Part shown: positions 10,134 to 20,969 of the stretch, piece after piece
Layout of the letters: each line of letters opens with the position of its first letter
Numbering within the stretch: the first letter of the stretch is position 1
NCBI GenBank assembly: GCA_014730275.1
Contig: WJIL01000006.1
Span: forward strand, 36,191-100,190
Length of the DNA: 64,000 nucleotides
Origin: Promethearchaeota archaeon
GTDB taxonomy: Archaea; Asgardarchaeota; Thorarchaeia; Thorarchaeales; Thorarchaeaceae
Direction: 5' to 3'
The notes under the pieces: generated by a model
What the model was told of the DNA's origin: nothing
The model's database searches: none
The model's input: only the letters and a program-made list of their open reading frames with translations
Made by a program: the position numbers and the translations under genes

Positions 10134-11477
10134 TTGTCTGATGAGTCTGACAAGAATATCCCCGAAATGCTAACTGATTTACCCGGCGAAAAATCAGCCG
10201 AGTTCGTTGAAATGGCTGAGAAATACATCCCAAAGGGATTGTATACGGTCACTCCCGCATTCATTTCTGAGAGTAGAGGAGCAACTATAAAGGATCTAGA
10301 TGGCAACCGCTACATAGATTTCGCAACTGGAATTGCCTCTCTCAATGTTGGTCATAGGCCTCCTAAGGTAATGGAAGCAATCCGAGAACAACTGGATAAG
10401 TATCTGCATGCTTGTTACCATGTAACACCATATGCTCCCTATGTCGAGATGGCGAAGCAATTGGTTGAGCTAGCCCCAGGTGATTTCAGCAAGAAAGCTA
10501 TCTTTCTGAATAGTGGTGCTGAGGCGGTTGAAAATGCGATCAAAATAGCTATCAATTATACTCAACGTCCACGGATTATAGCATTTGGCTACGCATTTCA
10601 TGGAAGGACCCGACTCGCAATGGGACTGACGGCCAGCGTCCAACCATACAAGAAAGGTTTTGGAGTCCTCGATCGAAACATCTACAGAACGCCCTATGCA
10701 TATTGCTACAGATGCCCGTTTGGACGTGAATATCCTGATTGTGGTCTTCAATGTTTGAAATTCCTCGAGGACAATTTGGAACTCCACGTTTCACCAGATC
10801 AAATTGCTGCAATGGTTGTTGAGCCTATTCAGGGAGAGGGCGGTTTCATCGTCCCACCAGAAGGATTCCTAAGCGGTCTTAGACGCATATGCGACGAACA
10901 TAATATCGTCATGATCGCTGACGAAATACAGTCCGGTTTGGGACGTGCAGGGAAAATGTTTGCGATGGATCACTTCGATGTTGTACCCGATGTAATCACG
11001 CTCGCAAAAACCCTTGGTGGTGGACTTCCACTCTCTGCAGTAATCAGCAAGACAGACATTGTGGAGTCGGTTCATGCAGGTGGTTTAGGAACTACCTTCG
11101 GCGGCAACCCAGTCAGCTTGGTAGCTGGAATGGAAACGGTCAAAATTGCGCAAGGGAGCCTTGACCATGCTAACGAGATGGGGGAAGTCATGCAGAAGCG
11201 ATTCGATGAGTGGTATGACGAATACGAGTTCATAGGGGATACCAGAGGACTTGGAATGATGAGAGCCATTGAGCTTGTTAAGGATAGGAACTCAAAAGAG
11301 CCCGCAAAAGACCTGCGAAGTAAGATTCTTGCTGAGTGTCACAAAAATGGACTCATTGTCATCGGGGCCGGACCACACAAGAATGTTATTCGGTTCCTTC
11401 CAGCAATCAACATTGATGAAGGCATCCTCAACAAGGGGCTGGATATCGTCGAAGCCGCCTTGCAAGAAGCTTCTTAG
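10134..11477 (+). CDS. Class-III PLP-dependent aminotransferase (GabT/ArgD-like)
   Basis: 'LNSGAEAVENAIKIA', 'DEIQSGLGRAGKMFA' and the PLP-lysine region 'ITLAKTLGGGLP' are hallmark AT-III motifs. ORF-track start is TTG 10134; ATG at 10167 is possible. Confidence 0.8.
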   Translation: MSDESDKNIPEMLTDLPGEKSAEFVEMAEKYIPKGLYTVTPAFISESRGATIKDLDGNRYIDFATGIASLNVGHRPPKVMEAIREQLDKYLHACYHVTPYAPYVEMAKQLVELAPGDFSKKAIFLNSGAEAVENAIKIAINYTQRPRIIAFGYAFHGRTRLAMGLTASVQPYKKGFGVLDRNIYRTPYAYCYRCPFGREYPDCGLQCLKFLEDNLELHVSPDQIAAMVVEPIQGEGGFIVPPEGFLSGLRRICDEHNIVMIADEIQSGLGRAGKMFAMDHFDVVPDVITLAKTLGGGLPLSAVISKTDIVESVHAGGLGTTFGGNPVSLVAGMETVKIAQGSLDHANEMGEVMQKRFDEWYDEYEFIGDTRGLGMMRAIELVKDRNSKEPAKDLRSKILAECHKNGLIVIGAGPHKNVIRFLPAINIDEGILNKGLDIVEAALQEAS

Positions 11478-11511
11478 TCCGCATACTGGCATTCATGAAG
11501 ACTGAGTAGAC

Positions 11512-11544
11512 GGGGGAATCATTCCCCCACCCCTTCCTATTTTT
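11512..11544 (+). terminator. G-rich palindrome + T-run downstream of the aminotransferase
   Basis: gggggaat-c-attccccc (11512-11528), then 'ttttt' at 11540-11544. Confidence 0.3.
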
Positions 11545-11644
11545 CATAGATGGCCTACAATACTAGATCTATATGCCATCACGAAGTATGGGGCCCGATA
11601 ATTGGAGGTAGTAAGAGCATACGTACTAGAAGGGAACCACCCAC

Positions 11645-12808
11645 TTAGATATCCAGTTGCTGTGAAGCCTTTCGAGTAAATGCATAAAGGGTGAATAGCA
11701 GAAAAACGGAGACCACCATAATAGCTGAATATACACTCCTCATACCGAATGTGAAGAATGGTTCATAGAATATTGGAACAACCGCATTTCCAACGAACAT
11801 TGAGAAAGTCAATAGACCAGCAAGGGCTCCTCTTCGTCCAGGGGATAGTTTCTGGCTTGTGGCCAATACTACTGGCGAAAGAGAGCCAGCAGCCCAACCA
11901 AGAATCAATACTGCTAGGGCAACAAGAACCAAGCTGGCTTGTTGTGTAATGTCACCAATGGAAATCAGAAGCACCAAAGATGTAAACAGTGATAGCATCC
12001 CCAAACCAAGAGCTGTTCTCTCTCCAAATCTAGTCACAATCCTATTAATGGAAAGGCCAGCGGTCAGACCCGTGACACCCAGGAGCATAAGAACGCCTCC
12101 AACTATTGACGGCAGAAACGCTCCTGTAAGGCCACGAGAAGTCCAGACTGTTATTCCCCCGTAAGATGCAGAAATCAGAAACCCGGATAGCATCATCAAC
12201 AGGACAGCGGGACGCTTCAATTCTTCAGAGAATGTTCGAATCAGGTTCACCAATGCATGTTCCGTTTCAACTCTACGGTTTTCCGGTCTCGATAGTCCAA
12301 GGATTGCTGCAACAAAAAAAGCGATGATTACGAAGGTTCCATAGAAAACCCGCCAACCGTATATCACCATTTGGCCCGCAATTGCAGGCCCCAATCCAAC
12401 CATCGTCGTTGCCAGAGCACCAGTAATCCCCATCTTACCCTGTATTTCCGACTGAGATGAGTAGTCAGTGATTAAAGCTATAAGCACAGGATTGACGAAT
12501 CCAAAACCAAATCCTGCCAGAGCGTACCCCCATATGAAGAAAGACAAAGATGGAGAGACGGAAACCAATAGGAGACCTATACCATAAAAGACAAGGCCAA
12601 AAAGAATCACTGGAATCCGCCCTCGAATATCGGATATTGCTCCCGAGAATAGTTGCACTGAAGCAAACGGAATCATAAACGCTGGGACGGATATGAGGAC
12701 TTGAGTAGGATCGACTGAGAAATCTGAAGCAATAGCTCCAAGCAGTACTAATACAGCGTTGCCAACAAGAGGGCCAATTGCAAATAGAACATATGCGGAA
12801 ACCTCCAT
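11645..12808 (-). CDS. MFS transporter
   Basis: 12 predicted TM helices; MFS-like loop 'GAISDIRGR' between TM2 and TM3; ATG start. Confidence 0.7.
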   Translation of the reverse strand: MEVSAYVLFAIGPLVGNAVLVLLGAIASDFSVDPTQVLISVPAFMIPFASVQLFSGAISDIRGRIPVILFGLVFYGIGLLLVSVSPSLSFFIWGYALAGFGFGFVNPVLIALITDYSSQSEIQGKMGITGALATTMVGLGPAIAGQMVIYGWRVFYGTFVIIAFFVAAILGLSRPENRRVETEHALVNLIRTFSEELKRPAVLLMMLSGFLISASYGGITVWTSRGLTGAFLPSIVGGVLMLLGVTGLTAGLSINRIVTRFGERTALGLGMLSLFTSLVLLISIGDITQQASLVLVALAVLILGWAAGSLSPVVLATSQKLSPGRRGALAGLLTFSMFVGNAVVPIFYEPFFTFGMRSVYSAIMVVSVFLLFTLYAFTRKASQQLDI

Positions 12809-12913
12809 GACTTGTTGTTTCCTAGTGATTGTTGTTGCCTCCTTGATGGTATGTTGCGGTTCATAGAATAGCCAAAATTCAGAAAAGATAAGCTTGTCTA
12901 CACGATGAATGTC

Positions 12914-13630
12914 CTAAATGGTATTCCGGAGTAAATCCGATTCGTTCTGTTTTATTTGAGAAATACGATTCCTAACACGCTCGAGTGAGATTTCATAATC
13001 AAGAAATGGAAAATCAGAACCAAACACCACCCGGTCAGGTACATATCGCATAGTCAAGTCGATGTCTTTCGTGTCACAACCGCTGGTTTCAAGAATCACC
13101 GAACGGTAACGGGTAAGCTCTATTCCTTCAGGTCTGCAGCAATGCAGAAGCACGATTTTGCCGTCGTAGCCTTCTAACAATGGTGCCAAATCCCTTGCTC
13201 GGCATGAATGTCTATCGGTATGGATAAAAATAATCAGATTTCGTTCCTCTGCGAATGAGAAGAAAGGCTTCAACAATGCAGTATTTTCAAGTGAATATTC
13301 AAAATCGATACTACCACAATGCAATTTGATTCCCGGGATATCATGGGAATTGATTCTCGCCAGAAATGAACTGGTGGCTTCAGCTTTGGGATGGATTACA
13401 GGAACAGGAAGAAGTTCTGAGTATGGCTTGACTTCTGAGAGTAACCACTCCAACGACTCTGCATAGCCGACATGTGGAGTAGCATATGGAGTTGCAAACA
13501 TCATATCAATGTCAGCGAATTTCTTGAGATTTCTAACCAGAAATTCCGCCCCGGCCTGCTTGGGTATTCCGTATTCCTCGTTGAGCTTATCAGAGCTGAT
13601 ACGTCCAATATGGTAGTGAAAATCAATCAT
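12914..13630 (-). CDS. Amidohydrolase-2-family TIM-barrel metal-dependent hydrolase
   Basis: 'MIDFHYHIG' N-terminal His pair and 'VVFGSDFPF' C-terminal Asp motif typical of PF04909-type hydrolases. Confidence 0.6.
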   Translation of the reverse strand: MIDFHYHIGRISSDKLNEEYGIPKQAGAEFLVRNLKKFADIDMMFATPYATPHVGYAESLEWLLSEVKPYSELLPVPVIHPKAEATSSFLARINSHDIPGIKLHCGSIDFEYSLENTALLKPFFSFAEERNLIIFIHTDRHSCRARDLAPLLEGYDGKIVLLHCCRPEGIELTRYRSVILETSGCDTKDIDLTMRYVPDRVVFGSDFPFLDYEISLERVRNRISQIKQNESDLLRNTI

Positions 13631-13788
13631 TACAACACACTCCCGAATCTTCGGAATTCAGCCCGCTTTTTGATTCTGGTTGATTGAGGGGTAAATAATT
13701 GGCATTTTTTGGAACATAAAACTTCTCTTCTGTTCCGAGATTCAGGCTTAGTACTACCTAGACTCGGTTTGCTGAAATCTTCGAGAAG

Positions 13789-14808
13789 CTAACCCCGATC
13801 GAGTAGGAAAGTGACCATGACTGACGTAATCAAGAGAATCGGGCCAAGAATAAGGCCTGCCCAGAAGAAAAGGGCGATTGCACCAAGAAGTATTAGCTTG
13901 ATTCTTGTTGCCCTATTTTTTGCCCAGTTAGGTTCTTCTATCTGCTTCAGTACAGATATGCCCAACAGCAATGGAATAGCTGCAAAAAACACTGTAATCA
14001 GAGCTTCAGATGTAAGATTCGTCTGAACCAGAACATAGATCATCTGGAAGAATAGGCTCCCCGAACTTCCAATGAATAGCAATGCCGCCAGAGACGCCAT
14101 TAGAAATGGGGCGCTCTGTAAATCGAGAACCGTGTTTCTCCGCCTTAGAAGAATCAGCAACCCACTGAAAACTATAATCAGCATCGGAGCGATGATTATC
14201 GCCAAAGACTGTCCTTCCCACTGGTAAATCAGCATTACTGAGAAGGGAACGAGAATCCATTCCTCGAGGGTAAAGGATTCCTCGTAGCCCAATGCCATAC
14301 CGAACCTTCCTCCTTGCATCGGCTCATGGACAACTACGTAATAGGTGCCAGTAGCATTTACCGTCGAATCCACATCTACCAGAAGCGAGTATGTACTGGG
14401 TGTAAACCCTTCGTATTTCGGCTCGTTTGGATAGATCCCAGCAATAACGGATATTCCCAGATCTTCCACTGTCTCAATGTAATCTGGAGGAGTTCCACGA
14501 TGTGTTATTTCAGGACCCATCAAAACTATTCCCGGTAGGAAACCTTTTGCCACAAATTGATTCGGTATGAATAGGGTGAATCTAAGTCGTGTGCCATTTT
14601 CAAGATCCAATTTGTAGTATCTGCCTTCACCACCCTCATGAATCTCCGAATAGACCACCCAGGATTTTCTGGGATTGGGAATTTCAAACGCGGTCTCCAA
14701 ACTCTCGTTTTCATCACTTTGAATGGGAACATGCCCATGAACAGTAGAAAACAGCAATCCAAATAGGATTAGTTGGGATAGTACTACAAGGGTTCGATTT
14801 CTTAACAT
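13789..14808 (-). CDS. Signal-peptide protein with extracytoplasmic beta-rich domain and C-terminal multi-TM anchor
   Basis: N-terminal hydrophobic signal 'LVVLSQLILFGLLFSTVHG', ~180-aa soluble domain, then 4-5 TM helices. Confidence 0.45.
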   Translation of the reverse strand: MLRNRTLVVLSQLILFGLLFSTVHGHVPIQSDENESLETAFEIPNPRKSWVVYSEIHEGGEGRYYKLDLENGTRLRFTLFIPNQFVAKGFLPGIVLMGPEITHRGTPPDYIETVEDLGISVIAGIYPNEPKYEGFTPSTYSLLVDVDSTVNATGTYYVVVHEPMQGGRFGMALGYEESFTLEEWILVPFSVMLIYQWEGQSLAIIIAPMLIIVFSGLLILLRRRNTVLDLQSAPFLMASLAALLFIGSSGSLFFQMIYVLVQTNLTSEALITVFFAAIPLLLGISVLKQIEEPNWAKNRATRIKLILLGAIALFFWAGLILGPILLITSVMVTFLLDRG

Positions 14809-15057
14809 TTGTTAATTATGTTTTCTGTGGTGATATATGTTGTGATTTCAGCCAAAGGAATTTGATATTATCATCAATACTCATTTGATATTTGTTTAAA
14901 CGGTATATCTTCATATGTGGGCCCAAAAGCTTGTCGTTCTACGGCTGTAAACCAGCTAATTAGTTTGCAAAACTTTACGGGGATACATATGGACGTGCAA
15001 ATTTATCGCCCATAAGAGCAAGCTAGACCAATTAAATCGCAAGGAGACCTATAGGAA

Positions 15058-15411
15058 ATGTCAGATGATGAATTTCCAAATCTAAAGACCAGTGAAGAAA
15101 TAATCAGAGAAGACTCCGCAAAACATGTGATACATGGCGGAAATGTAAAACAGGGAGGCAGGCTAGTACTAACGAACCAGAGATTGCTATTTGGTCGAGA
15201 AAGCTCATTCTTGTTCTTTTTCTTCAAGAGCACGGATACTACCGTAGATGTACCTCTTGACCAAATCAGGAAGGTTGGTACTAAGGGTATGATTAGAAAA
15301 CAGCTGCAAGTTAGTCACGAAGACAAAGGCAATTATGAGAAAGACTTCTTCCAAGTTGGCGATGTCGATGAGTGGGTAGCTAAGTTGAAAGAGGTTTCAG
15401 ACGCTGAGTAG
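15058..15411 (+). CDS. Small PH/GRAM-like domain protein
   Basis: 'VIHGGNVKQGGRLVLTNQRLLFGRES' resembles the GRAM / bacterial-PH core motif (G-x-L-x-LT-x-x-RL-x-F); ATG with an upstream 'aggag'. Confidence 0.45.
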   Translation: MSDDEFPNLKTSEEIIREDSAKHVIHGGNVKQGGRLVLTNQRLLFGRESSFLFFFFKSTDTTVDVPLDQIRKVGTKGMIRKQLQVSHEDKGNYEKDFFQVGDVDEWVAKLKEVSDAE

Positions 15412-15566
15412 AACGATGACCAGTTTTGCTGTCGGTCATTCATAAAATTTGAACTTCGTTTAATCGTTCTGTGGCAGTCCTCTAGCAGGGGCTGCCGGCC
15501 ACCTCTTTATCAACCAATGAAACTGTATCGATCATATCCAAGCAGTATCTAATAGATTATGGTTTC

Positions 15567-15986
15567 TCACTCATTTTCTTCAATAGAAACAAGCCGTTTC
15601 ATTTTCCGATAGAAGTACAAATCTAGGATGAACAGAAATGCACCCTGAATAATGACACCAATTCCATTTCCTGCAATGAATGGATCCTGCCCGAAGAACA
15701 GAAGAAGTATGACCCCGACTGCCTGATAACCCACATCTAATCCAACATTTATGAGAAGTATTTTCGCTAACTTTGATGCAGGGTCGTCTTGTTGTTTGAA
15801 AAGGGTGAACGATGCGATTACTACATCAATGAAACCCCACAACATAGCTTGGAGACCGATTCCTTGTAATAGCGATGTGGAGAACAGATAGAGTAACAAA
15901 CCAACAACCAAGCTGGAAAAAGCCCATGCAAGCAACGTCCTCCCAAGGGTCCGTGCCAGCTTCCTTTTTTCCGTCAACTCATTCAC
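15567..15986 (-). CDS. Small 4-TM membrane protein
   Basis: Hydrophobic helices throughout; no known motif. Confidence 0.4.
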   Translation of the reverse strand: MNELTEKRKLARTLGRTLLAWAFSSLVVGLLLYLFSTSLLQGIGLQAMLWGFIDVVIASFTLFKQQDDPASKLAKILLINVGLDVGYQAVGVILLLFFGQDPFIAGNGIGVIIQGAFLFILDLYFYRKMKRLVSIEENE

Positions 15987-16217
15987 CTCTCACTTACCTA
16001 GTAAGAGGCGTTCATAAAACATTGGTTGAATACCGGAGAAATGAATCCGTGTATTCATTTGCCACTGATTCAACCCAGAACCAATCAGTCATAGATTTCT
16101 GCGGAATATTTATGAATTTGTCATAGACCGTTGCAGAAAACGATTGCATAAAAGCAACCACAGGACTGGAAGTCCGACAAATCATATTACATTCATAAAT
16201 GAATCGAGGGATGGAAA

Positions 16218-17042
16218 ATGTCAACTAAAGATGAATTTACTCTGAAGCAAATTGTCACATTCTATGTTGTAACTTTTGTTTTCTCATGGGCCTTTTGGGT
16301 TCCTCAGGCGTTACATGATATGGGATTGATCCCATCTTCAGCGTTCACAGACTATCTATCTACGCCGTTCAATGTTGCTGCATGGGGTCCTCTAGTTGGG
16401 GCAGTACTGACTACACTACTTTGCGAGGGCAAGGATAGCACAATGAACCTACTCAAGAGAGGTACAATATGGAAATTCGATTGGAAACTGTATCTTGTTG
16501 TTTTTCTTCTCTTTCCAGCGATAACCATTTTATCCCTCACTATAGCGGTAGCCTTTGCGGGCTATGATCCTCTCCTCCAATGGATAGAAATGCCGTTCGC
16601 GTTACTAGTAGCTTTTGTCTACATTCTCCTATTAGGTGGCCCGCTTCAAGAAGAATTCGGATGGCGAGGATATGCGTTGCCTAGGTTACAGTCCCGGCTG
16701 GATGTTGTCAGCTCTAGTTTGATAGTTGGTCTTTTCTGGGGACTCTGGCACCTGCCATTGTTCTTCATTTCCGGTCAAGCCTACTATTACAGCCAACCGA
16801 TTTGGGGATTGATGATATCAACTATTCTCATATCGATACTCTTTGGATGGGTGTTCAACAACACAAAAGGCAGCATATTCGCATGTCTCATATTTCACAC
16901 CACATTCAACTGGTCTCACTATGCGTTCCCCATTCTTGAAAGCAATGTGGGAGCAACGATATTCCTCGGCCTCGCGTTCATATTGGCAGCCGCTGTAGTG
17001 ATTGTATCCGTTTATCAGCAAAGATTTGGAGAAGAAAATTAG
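16218..17042 (+). CDS. CPBP-family intramembrane metalloprotease (CAAX protease / Abi)
   Basis: Motif 1 'EEFGWRGYALPRL', motif 2 'LWGLWHLP', motif 3 'FHTTFN'. Confidence 0.75.
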   Translation: MSTKDEFTLKQIVTFYVVTFVFSWAFWVPQALHDMGLIPSSAFTDYLSTPFNVAAWGPLVGAVLTTLLCEGKDSTMNLLKRGTIWKFDWKLYLVVFLLFPAITILSLTIAVAFAGYDPLLQWIEMPFALLVAFVYILLLGGPLQEEFGWRGYALPRLQSRLDVVSSSLIVGLFWGLWHLPLFFISGQAYYYSQPIWGLMISTILISILFGWVFNNTKGSIFACLIFHTTFNWSHYAFPILESNVGATIFLGLAFILAAAVVIVSVYQQRFGEEN

Positions 17043-17131
17043 GCTCCCTATACTCTTGGCAATACTGTTTCATAAGTGGGTGAAATGATTTAAGATGTTT
17101 CGCGATACAGACTAGCTTGAGGTAGGTAAGA

Positions 17132-17851
17132 TTGCGGCGTCATCATTATGTTCCTATATGCCTCATACTTTGTCTGGCCCTGTTTTCAGTTCCGAAGGCT
17201 AGGGCTCAATACGATACCAGACTCAGTCCAAACGAGACCTTAAGTTCTCAACATATCTGGTCCAACCGTAATAGCTACTACTACGCCAATCTTACTGCAG
17301 GCAGCTGGAGTGTAGTTGTCAAGAGTGACGGTTTTTGGAGCATGAGGCTTGCCGTGAGGGTACGAGATGGGGATACTTCAGAAGTGATTGCAGCAACTCA
17401 AGGTTCAGGTGGGTCAAGTGTTACGGTAGAGTTCACACTTGAGGAAAATACAATCGTAAACATCTTAGTCGAAGAAACCGGCAGTGGATCAGGATTCTAT
17501 AGTATCGGCGTCTACAACGGTCTTAATGCTGTAGCCGCCACTTACGGTATCTGGCTATTTATTGTACCTGCGATTGTAATTGCAGTCATAGGTGTTGTTG
17601 CATATCGTGTTAAATCTGGAGGGAAGACTCCTGACGACCAAGAGCTACAAGTGGAAGCCCCCGAATTTGCGATACCCGAAAAACACCGTCAAAGAGAAGA
17701 GACTACAGATATTCGAACTTTGCGGCTCCCAGCCAAGTGCCCATCATGCGGTGCATCGCTATCGCAGGAAGATATTGATTGGGTTGGTGCACTCGAGGCA
17801 GAATGCAATTATTGCGGAGCTGTCGTCAAAGCACGTCTGGAAATGCTTTGA
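17132..17851 (+). CDS. Secreted beta-sandwich domain + TM helix + C-terminal cytoplasmic zinc-ribbon protein
   Basis: Signal peptide 'ICLILCLALFSVPKARA'; TM 'IWLFIVPAIVIAVIGVVAY'; C-terminal 'CPSCGASLSQEDIDWVGALEAECNYCGAVV' 4-Cys ribbon. TTG start. Confidence 0.55.
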   Translation: MRRHHYVPICLILCLALFSVPKARAQYDTRLSPNETLSSQHIWSNRNSYYYANLTAGSWSVVVKSDGFWSMRLAVRVRDGDTSEVIAATQGSGGSSVTVEFTLEENTIVNILVEETGSGSGFYSIGVYNGLNAVAATYGIWLFIVPAIVIAVIGVVAYRVKSGGKTPDDQELQVEAPEFAIPEKHRQREETTDIRTLRLPAKCPSCGASLSQEDIDWVGALEAECNYCGAVVKARLEML

Positions 17852-17913
17852 ACTGCGAAAGAGGACTTAGAATTCCTGAGCAGACAACCGTGAAATTCCT
17901 GGACTGCAAGCGC

Positions 17914-19629
17914 TCAGTATATCTTAGGCGAGTCCCATTCCCCAAATACCTCTCTCCATACATCGCAGATTTCGCCTACTGATGCGTATGCACGGACAGC
18001 CTTGACAACCCAAGGCATGACATTTTCATCACCTTCGGATGCTTTCCTCAGCCCTTCCAAAGCCTCCTGAACCGCCTCTTCGTCTCGCTCTTCCCGGACT
18101 CGATTCAGTCGTTCAATCTGCCGTTTTTCAACTTCAGGATCAATCTTCAGCACAGGAATCTCGGGTTCTTTCTCAACCTTGAATTTGTTGACGCCAATAA
18201 TGGTTCGCTCGTTGTTTTCGATTTCCTTCTGATATCGATATGAGGATTTGGCGATTTCTTTCTGGAAGAAACCCTTCTTTATAGCGGGAACTACACCCCC
18301 CATAGCATCTATCTTATCGAAGTACTCATAGGCCTCCTCTTCCAACTCATCCGTTAGTGATTCAATGTAGTACGAACCAGCAAGAGGATCAATGGTGTTT
18401 GCAGCGCCACTCTCGTGTGCTAGTACCTGTTGGGTACGCAGAGCAACACGAACAGCGTCTTCTGAAGGAAGCGCCAAAGCTTCATCCATGCTATTGGTGT
18501 GCAGCGACTGAGTGCCACCAAGAACTGCAGCAAGTGCCTGATATGCAGTTCTAACGATGTTGACCATCGGTTGTTGTGCTGTGAGCGAACAGCCAGCTGT
18601 CTGAGTATGGAACCGCATCCAAAGAGAACGATTCTTCTCCGCACCAAAACGCTCTTTCATCTCGCGTGCCCAAATCCTCCTTGCAGCACGGTACTTGGCA
18701 ACCTCCTCGAATATATCATTGTGAGCATTGAAGAAGAATGACAAGCGCGGTGCAAAATCATCAACGTCCAGCCCTCTCTCGACACACCAATCCACGTACT
18801 CCAATCCATTTCTGAGCGTGAATGCAAGTTCCTGTGCTGCCGTTGACCCTGCTTCGCGAATGTGATACCCACTGATTGAGACCGTGTTCCATCGTGGAAT
18901 GTGTTCGGTGCAGTACTCAATGATATCGACGATAATTCGTAATGATGGCTCAGGTGCATAAATCTCTGAACGCTGAGCTTGAAATTCCTTAAGCAGGTCA
19001 TTCTGAATAGTTCCACCGATTTGGTCAGGAGGGACCCCTTGCTTCTCAGCGACGACCATATACATCGCAAGTAAAATGGAGGCGGGCGCATTGATGGTCA
19101 TGCTTGTGGTGACCTCATCAAGAGGAATTCCGTCGAATAATATTTCCATGTCCTTCAATGTGTCAACTGCTACACCGAGTTTGCCAACTTCACCGTGTGA
19201 CATAGGATGGTCGGAGTCCCGACCATAGATTGTTGGCAAATGGAAAGCAACACTCAGACCGGTTTGTCCATGCTTGAGCAAATACTTGAACCGCTGATTC
19301 GTTTCTTCAGCAGTACCCATGCCTGCAAACTGACGCATAGTCCAGAGTCTGCCCCGGTACATCGTAGGCTGAACTCCCCGTGTGAATGGATACTCGCTTG
19401 GAAATCCCAGGTCCTCGAGGTAGTCAAGATCTTGCGTATCCAGAGGCGTGTAGAGTCTCTTAACCGGCTTGCTAGAAGTGGTTACGAACTCGTCTTTGAT
19501 TTCAGGGTACTTATTCAAATGTGGTTCGAGGGTTTCTTTCTCCCACGTCTTTTTTGCCTTGGCTATGCGATTCGACTCTGGTTTGCTGCCTGCATATTCC
19601 TTCCTCGATTCTGCTTTTTCGGCACCCAT
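17914..19629 (-). CDS. mcmA: Methylmalonyl-CoA mutase large (catalytic, N-terminal TIM-barrel) subunit
   Basis: '[52 protein letters not shown]' and '[12 protein letters not shown]' are diagnostic MCM alpha motifs; no B12-binding domain is fused (archaeal split type). Confidence 0.85.
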   Translation of the reverse strand: MGAEKAESRKEYAGSKPESNRIAKAKKTWEKETLEPHLNKYPEIKDEFVTTSSKPVKRLYTPLDTQDLDYLEDLGFPSEYPFTRGVQPTMYRGRLWTMRQFAGMGTAEETNQRFKYLLKHGQTGLSVAFHLPTIYGRDSDHPMSHGEVGKLGVAVDTLKDMEILFDGIPLDEVTTSMTINAPASILLAMYMVVAEKQGVPPDQIGGTIQNDLLKEFQAQRSEIYAPEPSLRIIVDIIEYCTEHIPRWNTVSISGYHIREAGSTAAQELAFTLRNGLEYVDWCVERGLDVDDFAPRLSFFFNAHNDIFEEVAKYRAARRIWAREMKERFGAEKNRSLWMRFHTQTAGCSLTAQQPMVNIVRTAYQALAAVLGGTQSLHTNSMDEALALPSEDAVRVALRTQQVLAHESGAANTIDPLAGSYYIESLTDELEEEAYEYFDKIDAMGGVVPAIKKGFFQKEIAKSSYRYQKEIENNERTIIGVNKFKVEKEPEIPVLKIDPEVEKRQIERLNRVREERDEEAVQEALEGLRKASEGDENVMPWVVKAVRAYASVGEICDVWREVFGEWDSPKIY

Positions 19630-19707
19630 GTCTAGTTCTCCTGAGTACGATATGGAAGCTGTCCAAAGAGAGGATATTAACTTATTCGATTTTGCCCAAT
19701 GCAGAAC

Positions 19708-20271
19708 TTAGAATTCGAACCCCTTTCTTGCCTTAACGCCTTCTTCCTCGAAGTAATGCTTTACCTCTTTCATCTCAGTAACTAAATCAGCTGCCTCAAT
19801 CACTTCTTCACGGGCATACCTTCCCGTCATGATCAGTTCCATATCATCGGGTTTAGTGCGTATAAGTTCCAGCTGATCCTCCAGACTGAATAAGTCCCAT
19901 TCCACGGCCACATTAATCTCATCAAGAATCAACACATCACAGGTATGGTCAGCAATCGCCTCTTGAGCCATTCGTAGCCCTTTCTGTGCAAGTTCGATAT
20001 CAACAGGGTCAGGATTCTCTTTGTCAACAAATGTTTCTCTGCCAACCGGGACGATAGCGAAATGGGGAATTTTCTGAACCGAAGCAAACTCTCCATAATT
20101 GATATCAACCTTGTCACCCCGCATGGCGACCTTTGCCTTCATGAAGGAAATCATCATCACACCAAGACCATGGCCTGCTGCACGCATACCAGCACCAAGA
20201 GCAGCTGTGGTTTTCCCTTTACCAGTTCCAGTATAAACTTGCACGAGACCTGGCCGAGGTTCATCACTCAT
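19708..20271 (-). CDS. cobA: ATP:cob(I)alamin adenosyltransferase (CobA/CobO/BtuR family)
   Basis: P-loop 'YTGTGKGKTTAALG' and the overall CobA signature; adjacent to the MCM gene. Confidence 0.8.
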   Translation of the reverse strand: MSDEPRPGLVQVYTGTGKGKTTAALGAGMRAAGHGLGVMMISFMKAKVAMRGDKVDINYGEFASVQKIPHFAIVPVGRETFVDKENPDPVDIELAQKGLRMAQEAIADHTCDVLILDEINVAVEWDLFSLEDQLELIRTKPDDMELIMTGRYAREEVIEAADLVTEMKEVKHYFEEEGVKARKGFEF

Positions 20272-20282
20272 TGGAGCCTCAC

Positions 20283-20915
20283 CTATTCATGCATTGTGTT
20301 GACAAGCTCAGCTACACGCTGGCCCAGTTTGATACTGCCCTGAATTGCAAGTTCATCATCCTTTGCGGAGCGCCATTTGCCATCGTCTGTTTGGAGACTC
20401 CCAGCGCCAAAGAAGCCATCTTTCACAGGATTGTCAACTGCTCCCACAACGATCATACCGTGACCGAGAGCAAACCGATTTAGATAGTCAACGATATGTT
20501 CCTGTCCGCCATATCGCAAGCCTGCGTATGATATTGCGCCAAAGATTTTGTCCTTCAGTTCGTTCCCATTCATCTTCATGGGTCTTGATCTGTCGATCAA
20601 ATCCTTCAAGACACCAGGAACAGCAGTGAAGTAAGAAGGAGCGGAAACAATGATTCCATCAGCCTTTCTTAGCCATTCTTCAATCTCTGGCATGTCGTCC
20701 TTTTCACTCTCGGGACAAGGTTTGCGACGAACACATGCATCACAGCCAGTGCAATGACGAATTTCATAGTCGCTCATCTTCAAGAGTACTGTGTTTCCTT
20801 CTTTGTTAGAACTACTAGATAATTCAGAAGAGGCGGCATCAAGTGCCTTCCTCAGGAGAAACTCAGTGTGCGACTTCTCAGTCTTAGGAGATCCACAAAT
20901 ACCAACTACTAGCAT
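20283..20915 (-). CDS. Iron-sulfur flavoprotein / NADPH-dependent FMN reductase-like
   Basis: Flavodoxin-like N-terminus 'MLVVGICGSPK', compact Cys cluster 'CTGCDACVRRKPC', 'GIIVSAPSYF' FMN-reductase motif. Confidence 0.65.
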   Translation of the reverse strand: MLVVGICGSPKTEKSHTEFLLRKALDAASSELSSSSNKEGNTVLLKMSDYEIRHCTGCDACVRRKPCPESEKDDMPEIEEWLRKADGIIVSAPSYFTAVPGVLKDLIDRSRPMKMNGNELKDKIFGAISYAGLRYGGQEHIVDYLNRFALGHGMIVVGAVDNPVKDGFFGAGSLQTDDGKWRSAKDDELAIQGSIKLGQRVAELVNTMHE

Positions 20916-20969
20916 AATCGACTCACGGTAGAATCGAAAAGGGGCATGGCATTTAGCCCTTTCCTCTTT

